This document shows positions 57,556-64,000 of a stretch of DNA of 64,000 nt, one piece after another. The DNA comes from a virus. The stretch lies in IMG/VR virus record IMGVR_UViG_3300032322_001295, positions 1 through 64,000 of that record; one strand, given 5' to 3'. The notes beneath the pieces are model-generated. The model did no database searches and was not told the origin of the DNA. It worked only from the letters and a program-made list of their open reading frames with translations. Position 1 is the first letter of the stretch, and the number at the start of each line of letters is the position of its first letter. The position numbers were made by a program, and so were the translations under genes.

Positions 57556-59118
57556 ATGGGACTCGAAAAGTTTGGCGTAGCCGGACGAGTTGTTGTAGGT
57601 AATCCACGTGATTTGACTAACTTCAAAATGACAGACTACAATAACCTCCGCAATATCGCAGCAGTTCGCCCTGACGTTATTCAGGGACTATTCAAACATT
57701 TTTCTGAAAGAACAGGTATGATTACCGAGCTTCTTTATTACATGAAAAGTAACTACGATCCAACTGTAGAAAGATTTAAGCAACAGAACTTTGGTCAGCA
57801 AAAATCAGCATGGGCAAAGAACTTCAAGATGCTTAACAATCTTGAATACGCTTGGTGTTCTCCTGCACCTTCAGGATGGGTGTATCGTATTACTACTGCT
57901 CCTGACGATGACAATGGTTTTGTTGGTCGTTACCATCGTGAGTTTTACTTTAATGTAAACAAACAACTTGGTGACAAAGATGATGTATTATTGCTTGCCG
58001 ATGGTACTACACAAATCATCATTACCAAACAACCAGAAGCACAAGCTGACGGAACACTTCGCATTCGTGCAAGACTTCTTACTAAAGAAGGAGAATGGGG
58101 TCAAGCTATTCCAATATACTTACTTGAAGTAGGTCAAGAAGTATCACCTCCTATCTACAACATGAAGCCTGAAGCATCAGAGCATGGTAGCAAAAGCCGT
58201 GTATCTTTTGGCGAATGGCATCGTGGTTGGATGACAACTATGCGTTGGGAATGGAACATCACAGGTCATGCTGCTCACGTTAAAACCGACAAATCTCCAA
58301 TGGGTATCGTTTACACAAACGACAAAGGAGAAATCGAGAATTACTGGACAGAAACTTGGAGATACCAAATGTGGAAAAATGCTTACGAGCATATGGACAA
58401 TCAGTTGTTCTGGGGTATGTCATACACCGACAATGAAGGTCGCTTCCAAAAAGATGAGCGTGGCTACCGCTATTACTCTGGTATGGGTATCTATCATCAG
58501 GCAAATCGCCGTTTAAAGCGCGAGTATGTCAAGATGAATGATTTTTCTATCCTTGATGACCTTATCAAAGGCATGTACAATGATTCAATCGAAACTGGTG
58601 TTAAGCCTGAGATTTTCTTATGTGCTGGCCTTGAATTAAGAACTGACATTGACCGTTTGATTCGTAATGAGTTCAAAGGTTCTCCTGAGGTTCTTTACTT
58701 TGATGGCAAAGGAAACTACCAAGCTGGTGGCACTGGCAATGAAACTATGGGTATTCGTTCTAATTTCCGTTACTACGAAACTCCTGCAGGTAAAATAATC
58801 GTATCAGATTGTCCATATTTTGACAGAAAAGGTATGCCAAGCACTCGTACAAGCGAAGGTAATCGTGAGCAATCTCATCGTGGTATTTTGGTTAACCTTG
58901 CTAAAATGCGTGGTGGTCAAGATGCAATGACTATGGTTACTCTACAAGGCCGTCAAAATGTTGTTGGTAAAGTACACGGTATGTCAGATCCTGGACCCGG
59001 TGGTGCATTAACAACTACAGCTGACGTACAAGGTGAGCACATGCTTACAATGCAGGGTATTGCTTTGCATAACCCTAACTGTATGGCAGAGCTTAAACTT
59101 GCTCGCGGTCGTCGATAG
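57556..59118 (+). CDS. Major capsid protein (crAss-like, HK97 fold)
   Basis: 520 aa, synteny, codon bias typical of a highly expressed gene; EASEHG, WNITG, FRYYETPAG..VS.CPYFD, C-terminal GIAL.NP. Confidence 0.8.
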   Translation: MGLEKFGVAGRVVVGNPRDLTNFKMTDYNNLRNIAAVRPDVIQGLFKHFSERTGMITELLYYMKSNYDPTVERFKQQNFGQQKSAWAKNFKMLNNLEYAWCSPAPSGWVYRITTAPDDDNGFVGRYHREFYFNVNKQLGDKDDVLLLADGTTQIIITKQPEAQADGTLRIRARLLTKEGEWGQAIPIYLLEVGQEVSPPIYNMKPEASEHGSKSRVSFGEWHRGWMTTMRWEWNITGHAAHVKTDKSPMGIVYTNDKGEIENYWTETWRYQMWKNAYEHMDNQLFWGMSYTDNEGRFQKDERGYRYYSGMGIYHQANRRLKREYVKMNDFSILDDLIKGMYNDSIETGVKPEIFLCAGLELRTDIDRLIRNEFKGSPEVLYFDGKGNYQAGGTGNETMGIRSNFRYYETPAGKIIVSDCPYFDRKGMPSTRTSEGNREQSHRGILVNLAKMRGGQDAMTMVTLQGRQNVVGKVHGMSDPGPGGALTTTADVQGEHMLTMQGIALHNPNCMAELKLARGRR

Positions 59119-59135
59119 TATTTATTAACTTAAAA

Positions 59136-60335
59136 GTGAAACAGATTATGAACAATGCAATTTTTTATCCAAAACAACACGAAGAACTTTTAAGAAAGGC
59201 AGGACTACTTGGAACTGGTTTTCTTGAAGTCAGAGCGGTACAAAGGTACAAAATACAAAATGTTAGCGAAGATGGTATTACTTTTCGTGAAGAGAAAAGA
59301 CCTGAAATAGATGACATAGCAACAGGCAATACATCACCAGTTTTTGACAGTTCTGGTTTGATTGCTGGCTATTGGGCAAATGGTCTCACATCGGAAGAAA
59401 AGAGAATCATTAACGAGGAGTGTGGTGTTCCATTCTTTTATTTGAATGAGCCAAACAATCCACTAACAGGAAAGCCTTACCACCCTGACACAGTTCTTTC
59501 TTTAAACGAAGGGCAACTTTTTAATCTTTCTAATCCGCGCGATGTAGCTTATGTGCGTGTTCTTTTTGAGGTTGTATCTACAATCGGCAAAGACAAGCAA
59601 GAAGCTATGGACCATGGAGCATTCTTTTATTTCTTTTCTAAAGAAGAAGAAAAGCAGGAGAAAGAGAAAGAAATAAAAAAGAGAAAAGGTGCTGCTGCAC
59701 TCATTGACAAACTTAGCAAAAAACAGAAACGTGACTGTGTAAGAATACTTATTCTTGATGGTGACTATCCTGCCGATCCTTATATTAATGAAGACATTGC
59801 TGAGGAAATCTTTGATGAGGTTGCATTTTCTATGCCTTACGAAGTGTTGCGTGCTTATGATACTGAAAAGAAAGAAAACTATATTTGTGCTAAAGCATTG
59901 ATACATTCAGGTCATATTGAAGCAAATAGTATTGATGGTCCATACTTTAAAAACCCAACGGTTTATGGACAGAAAACACATCTTGCTGATAGCTTAAGCG
60001 AACTGATGGTTAAAATCGATACGCATTTTGACTTGATGAAAGCTTACAGGGAACTTGAAGGTATTGTTGTTGGCGAAAACAGAATCGAAAAAGAAAGATT
60101 CATTCGTGACGCTGCATCTGTATCGTTTCTTTCCAAACATGGACTTTATGAAAAAGGAGAACAACCTAATGTTGCAGTTGTAGCAAAAAAGCAAGTTCCG
60201 GCAAATTTAAAGTTTATGAATGTAAAGCAGTTGATTGACTACATGGATAATGAAAATATTGTTCATGATTTCACAGAAAACTCAAACCTTAAGGAAGCAA
60301 AGGAATATCTGACTAACTACATCGATAATCAATAA
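59136..60335 (+). CDS. Conserved crAss-like protein downstream of MCP
   Basis: Synteny; FNLSNPRD..Y motif; start may be ATG 59148. Confidence 0.6.
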   Translation: MKQIMNNAIFYPKQHEELLRKAGLLGTGFLEVRAVQRYKIQNVSEDGITFREEKRPEIDDIATGNTSPVFDSSGLIAGYWANGLTSEEKRIINEECGVPFFYLNEPNNPLTGKPYHPDTVLSLNEGQLFNLSNPRDVAYVRVLFEVVSTIGKDKQEAMDHGAFFYFFSKEEEKQEKEKEIKKRKGAAALIDKLSKKQKRDCVRILILDGDYPADPYINEDIAEEIFDEVAFSMPYEVLRAYDTEKKENYICAKALIHSGHIEANSIDGPYFKNPTVYGQKTHLADSLSELMVKIDTHFDLMKAYRELEGIVVGENRIEKERFIRDAASVSFLSKHGLYEKGEQPNVAVVAKKQVPANLKFMNVKQLIDYMDNENIVHDFTENSNLKEAKEYLTNYIDNQ

Positions 60336-61057
60336 TGGTCCCAGTAGTTGAAGTATATAAGGCGGTACTTGCTGAACTAAAGCATTACAATACCACTAGC
60401 ATGACACCTGATGAGTTTAACTATCACATCTGGATAGCTACGCTAGAGTATGTCAAGAATAGGTATTGGGCCCACGAACAGCATCAAAAACAGATAGACG
60501 ATCTGTCTGTCATAAAGGTTGTAACAGATGGCATTGCAGGATTTCCTGCTCCATTGGTAAACCTTGGTCCTGCTGTTGCCGGCCAAGAATACGTACAACT
60601 TCCCGCCAACTATCTTCATCTATTGGCTGTATCTGTCAAGGTAAAGTATAAAAACCAACCTTGCGAAGTTGATAACACTATATCTGGGTATATTTCTGCT
60701 ACTCACTTGAAAGATGATTTTAGATTTACCATTGAAGATGACTATTACAAGAAGCCGTCTGCCGAATGGCCAAATCTTTACTACGATCAAAGAGGAAACA
60801 GACTTACATTCAGATGTGGAGACAGTATAGTTCAAGATGTAAAGATTGCATATTTACGATTGCCACAGCGTATAAACTTTGATGTAACAAATCAAAACAA
60901 TGTAAACTCAGAGTTTGCATGGCCTCAGACGCTTGAGATTGTAAAGCATTGTGTAATCTCTTATCTTGAAACCATTAAAGACCCAAGAGTACAGTCAATG
61001 CTTCCGATAACTGAAAGAAATTTTTTACAAACACCCCCGCCTAACGTACCAACGTAG
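60335..61057 (+). CDS. Putative head-tail ring/adaptor protein
   Basis: LPANYLHL, YLRLPQRI, EIVKHCV pattern of crAss ring proteins; synteny. Confidence 0.6.
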   Translation: MVPVVEVYKAVLAELKHYNTTSMTPDEFNYHIWIATLEYVKNRYWAHEQHQKQIDDLSVIKVVTDGIAGFPAPLVNLGPAVAGQEYVQLPANYLHLLAVSVKVKYKNQPCEVDNTISGYISATHLKDDFRFTIEDDYYKKPSAEWPNLYYDQRGNRLTFRCGDSIVQDVKIAYLRLPQRINFDVTNQNNVNSEFAWPQTLEIVKHCVISYLETIKDPRVQSMLPITERNFLQTPPPNVPT

Positions 61058-61076
61058 CGGTAAATAATTTAATAAC

Positions 61077-62252
61077 ATGCAAAGTAATGCTCAAAAACTT
61101 TGGATCCCGAATCCAAACGCAGGTACACTAGTGGATGTTGAAGCACTACAAGGGCCTGATTTTGCAAATGAAGTGCGTATTGTAGACCAAATCTCAATAC
61201 TATCTACATCTGTAACACGTTGCCAAAAGGTTTGCGCATCACCATGTGAAGAAAACATCTGGACTATTGAGTTCGGTGATGTTGACTTTGGTGATTGCAA
61301 TGCTTGCGGCAAATCAGTAGGATTTACTCTGTTGCTTAACAGAAATCCTGATTTTGATAATCAAACGTATTTTGAATACAATCAACGTAGGCAGTATGTT
61401 TACCAAGGTAATCTTTCTGGCGTAGTAACAGGTGTTGACCTTGCTACATGGTTTGAAAGTTACATCAATGACTTGATTAATCAAAACGATCAACACGATC
61501 AGTTTTTGGTAAGCGTAACAAGAAGCACTGATACTCTTACACTTACGTTTCCATGTTCTGGTCTTATTGCATACAGTTTGATTGGTATATATCAGTTACC
61601 AAACAACAATCTTGCAACTGCAGAAATACCAGTATTTACTGAAACGCAAGAAGCAGTAGAAGCTGTATTGAGCCGCGAAAAACTACTTCAGCAGTTTCCA
61701 CAAGAAATCGGTCACGTATTTGGAGAAGCTCCACGCGACCAATGGATGTGGTGCCAGACTGTTTGCGTTATTACACTGAGAGGTTGTATTGATGCTTGCA
61801 GTAACTTCTTTGATAATCAGAATAGCGGTCATCTACATACCGGCGCAACTCCATTTGATTTGTTGCTTTACGTAGATAGTTCTGCCCCTGGTTTTGCTGA
61901 TTTCATTGCAGCATTAAATAACTTGTTCCCTAATGCTTGTGACCTTGATACTCTTCCAGGTTTTCAATCTGGTGTACAAGGACCATTAACTGGCATTGAT
62001 ATTACATCTATTGTTGATAACATTGATGCTGTAAATGGTACACTTATCAATGTTACTATTGGTTCATTGTCATTCAGTGTAACAGCTACAAGTGGAGCTG
62101 ACATAGCTTCTGAAATTGATGCATTGTTTGGTGTAGGAACAGCAGCAACATATTCTGCTCCCGACATTTCATTTGGTGTGCCTCTTGATAACTTTGGTTC
62201 AACTGCTGTTATCAGCATTGTATCTGATCCAGTTAACTACGTAGGCGAGTAA
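61077..62252 (+). CDS. Putative structural protein (Cys-containing; auxiliary capsid or tail)
   Basis: 391 aa with abundant-protein codon usage; CQKVCASPC, DCNAC. Confidence 0.55.
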   Translation: MQSNAQKLWIPNPNAGTLVDVEALQGPDFANEVRIVDQISILSTSVTRCQKVCASPCEENIWTIEFGDVDFGDCNACGKSVGFTLLLNRNPDFDNQTYFEYNQRRQYVYQGNLSGVVTGVDLATWFESYINDLINQNDQHDQFLVSVTRSTDTLTLTFPCSGLIAYSLIGIYQLPNNNLATAEIPVFTETQEAVEAVLSREKLLQQFPQEIGHVFGEAPRDQWMWCQTVCVITLRGCIDACSNFFDNQNSGHLHTGATPFDLLLYVDSSAPGFADFIAALNNLFPNACDLDTLPGFQSGVQGPLTGIDITSIVDNIDAVNGTLINVTIGSLSFSVTATSGADIASEIDALFGVGTAATYSAPDISFGVPLDNFGSTAVISIVSDPVNYVGE

Positions 62253-62671
62253 TGATGATACTGAGCGAGACCTTGTTCTTTTCTGTCTTAGTTTCGCTTT
62301 TTACACAGGGTTTGAGTGCCGCTGCCAACAACGGCGGCATTCTATACCCGATTAAAGCGTGGATGGAAAATATATCTAGGTCAAAAAAACTAGACAACAA
62401 AAAGATAGAAATATCTGGTTACAAGGAAGTAAGAAGACGACAATACCAATCTTCAGAGTGGATTAACCCGGCATTGCAAAAGCTTGAACTATTACATCTT
62501 TACCGCAATCTTTGGCACAAGCCATTGCTGACATGTATGGTATGTATGTCTTCTTTTTATGGAACATTGATTTACTGGATTATGTATAACCAGTACCCAT
62601 TATATATTTGGATTCTAGGTATTCCGATATCATCAGCAATAACTGTATTAACCCATAAACTACGAACATGA
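62252..62671 (+). CDS. Membrane protein with CxxC motif (DUF1360-like)
   Basis: N-terminal TM, KPLLTCMVCMSSFYG at the start of a hydrophobic helix, C-terminal TM. Confidence 0.55.
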   Translation: MMILSETLFFSVLVSLFTQGLSAAANNGGILYPIKAWMENISRSKKLDNKKIEISGYKEVRRRQYQSSEWINPALQKLELLHLYRNLWHKPLLTCMVCMSSFYGTLIYWIMYNQYPLYIWILGIPISSAITVLTHKLRT

Positions 62672-63297
62672 GTTTTCAAAGCCTTGAAGCAGTAACATCA
62701 AGATTGATGAATGACTTGATAGCTGTTTATGACGATACAAGATTAAACAGAAAGATAGTACGCGATAAAGTGCTTGTTGCAAGGGCAAATATTTTATCTA
62801 AGTATCTTCGTCAAAATCTTGGTTCTATTGCGGGTCAATACTACAATCAGTGTTGCTTCGAGGTAAATTGTGAACCTGTGTGCCCGGGTGCGCCAGTAAC
62901 TGTCATCAGAGGAAAGATACCAGAGCTTCTTGCTCAATTAGGTAGAAGAGCATTAAAGTATCTTGGTACCGTAGATGGCAAGCATCCTTTTGAATGGCGC
63001 GATGAATCAAGTACAGAGTTTGTAAGTTATGCCCAGTTTGGTTGTGATAGAAAGAATCCGTACTTTGTTCTTACTGGACAAAAAGTTGATGTATATGACT
63101 TGCCAACAGTAGACACAAAGATACTTATGGTAAAAGGAATATTTGCAGACCCATTTGCATGTGGTTGTCCTGAAGATGATGTGTTTGTGCCGGCCGATCA
63201 CATAGATGAAATAGAACAACAAATCAAAGTAGATTTATCGACATTCTTAATACAAAGAAGAATCGATAAAATGAACAATACAAATAGCGACAACTAA
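62668..63297 (+). CDS. Putative tail ring protein
   Basis: YLGTVDG, VKGIFADP, P.DHIDEI pattern of crAss ring proteins. Confidence 0.6.
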   Translation: MSFQSLEAVTSRLMNDLIAVYDDTRLNRKIVRDKVLVARANILSKYLRQNLGSIAGQYYNQCCFEVNCEPVCPGAPVTVIRGKIPELLAQLGRRALKYLGTVDGKHPFEWRDESSTEFVSYAQFGCDRKNPYFVLTGQKVDVYDLPTVDTKILMVKGIFADPFACGCPEDDVFVPADHIDEIEQQIKVDLSTFLIQRRIDKMNNTNSDN

Positions 63298-63746
63298 TGC
63301 CAGGAATACAAAAAAACTTAAAGTACAATGACTTGTACGTTGAAGCACAAAAAAACTATGTTACTACAGATCCTTTTGGTAAAAGGTATATTATTTATCA
63401 AGGTATGCAATTTAAGTTTGATTCATACGAAGACATAGAGGTTGGATGCGGATGTGGTGGAGTAGCAAAAGAAGTTTTAAGACATTACAATATAAATGCA
63501 TTTGCTACTTGCAAAGAAGGAGAATACTTATGGCCGACTCCAAAAGGTTCTAATCTGATGCTTGTAGTAACATCAAAATACTTTGTCGAAACCGATTCTT
63601 TAAAATATCCACCTGTAAAAAGCGCTTACGAAGACGAAACATCAGGAAAGGATGTAGATTTATTTACACCACCATGGAAAAGATCAATACCGAGAGAGGG
63701 GGGACTGTGGTATACAGACCCTTGGGAATCACAAAAAGGAAGTTAA
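63297..63746 (+). CDS. Hypothetical protein
   Basis: 149 aa, TAATG coupling; GCGCGG. Confidence 0.55.
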   Translation: MPGIQKNLKYNDLYVEAQKNYVTTDPFGKRYIIYQGMQFKFDSYEDIEVGCGCGGVAKEVLRHYNINAFATCKEGEYLWPTPKGSNLMLVVTSKYFVETDSLKYPPVKSAYEDETSGKDVDLFTPPWKRSIPREGGLWYTDPWESQKGS

Positions 63747-64000
63747 CAACAAGGAAAAGAGCCTATAGAAATCACGGAACAAACTATAATATAAGAAGAA
63801 AAAGGTATAAGCTAAATAGAAAGATTGATAATTTTGATAACATAAACTATAGGATATTTTTTGACGAAAACAACTGGGATTACGACCAAAAAAGAAACCT
63901 ACATCGAGCAGTACGCATTGGAAAGTTAGGTAGGTTTATGAAGCGGAAATGGTTGCCAGATACAGATACACAGCCAAAGGGAATGTTCGAAAGAAAGAAG
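63674..64000 (+). CDS. Partial basic protein, possibly IHF/HU-like (3'-truncated)
   Basis: Open frame MEKINTE...AVRIGKLGRFMKRK to the window end, not in the ORF track; VRIGKLGRF resembles the HU/IHF V.I.GFG.F motif. Confidence 0.4.
   Translation, partial: MEKINTERGGTVVYRPLGITKRKLTTRKRAYRNHGTNYNIRRKRYKLNRKIDNFDNINYRIFFDENNWDYDQKRNLHRAVRIGKLGRFMKRKWLPDTDTQPKGMFERKK

Noticed and set aside
57601-57614. Second parS-like site (CACGTG core)
   Set aside because: The flanks do not match TGTT/AACA and it lies inside the capsid gene; the CACGTG cores near 42812 and 54098 also lack these flanks.
51656-59118. Introns or inteins in TerL, portal or MCP, common in crAss-like phages
   Set aside because: The ORFs are continuous and of ordinary length, and I saw no intein or homing-endonuclease motifs.
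1-64000. Stop-codon reassignment (TAG or TGA), known in some crAss-like phages
   Set aside because: Code 11 gives full-length, tightly packed genes, and TAG (e.g. 59118, 61057) and TGA (e.g. 53797) act as real stops.

Overview
This 64-kb window is part of an AT-rich tailed-phage genome with crAss-like (Crassvirales-related) organisation. The host is probably a Bacteroidota: ribosome-binding regions are A-rich without Shine-Dalgarno sequences, and TAnnTTTG promoter boxes are present. The standard genetic code fits. There are three blocks. (1) Positions 1-23.7 kb (+) hold a 5'-truncated virion polyprotein of more than 6,600 aa with SF1 helicase, zincin, two-barrel RNA polymerase and second zincin motifs. 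It is followed by Cys-rich structural genes, a tail-collar fibre and an amidase endolysin. (2) Positions 23.7-43.8 kb (-) form a complete leftward early/DNA-metabolism block. It encodes a spore-photoproduct-lyase-like radical SAM enzyme, RadC/JAB, a ParB-like protein, SSB, ERF, Gp157, a GH73 hydrolase and many small orphans, but I recognise no DNA polymerase, primase or replicative helicase. (3) Positions 43.98-64 kb (+) carry spanin-like genes, RusA, a putative TerS, a fibre/holin module, TerL, portal, scaffold, major capsid and ring proteins. The most interesting unexplained signals are a perfect chromosomal-type parS palindrome (43315-43330) at the divergence point, two 50-nt leader repeats with strong stem covariation (42514-42563, 42793-42842), three structured RNAs including an aberrant tRNA-like element (25472-25798), and Cys-rich virion proteins alongside a membrane CxxC protein and the photoproduct lyase. 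All family assignments come from motif recognition by eye; no searches were run.
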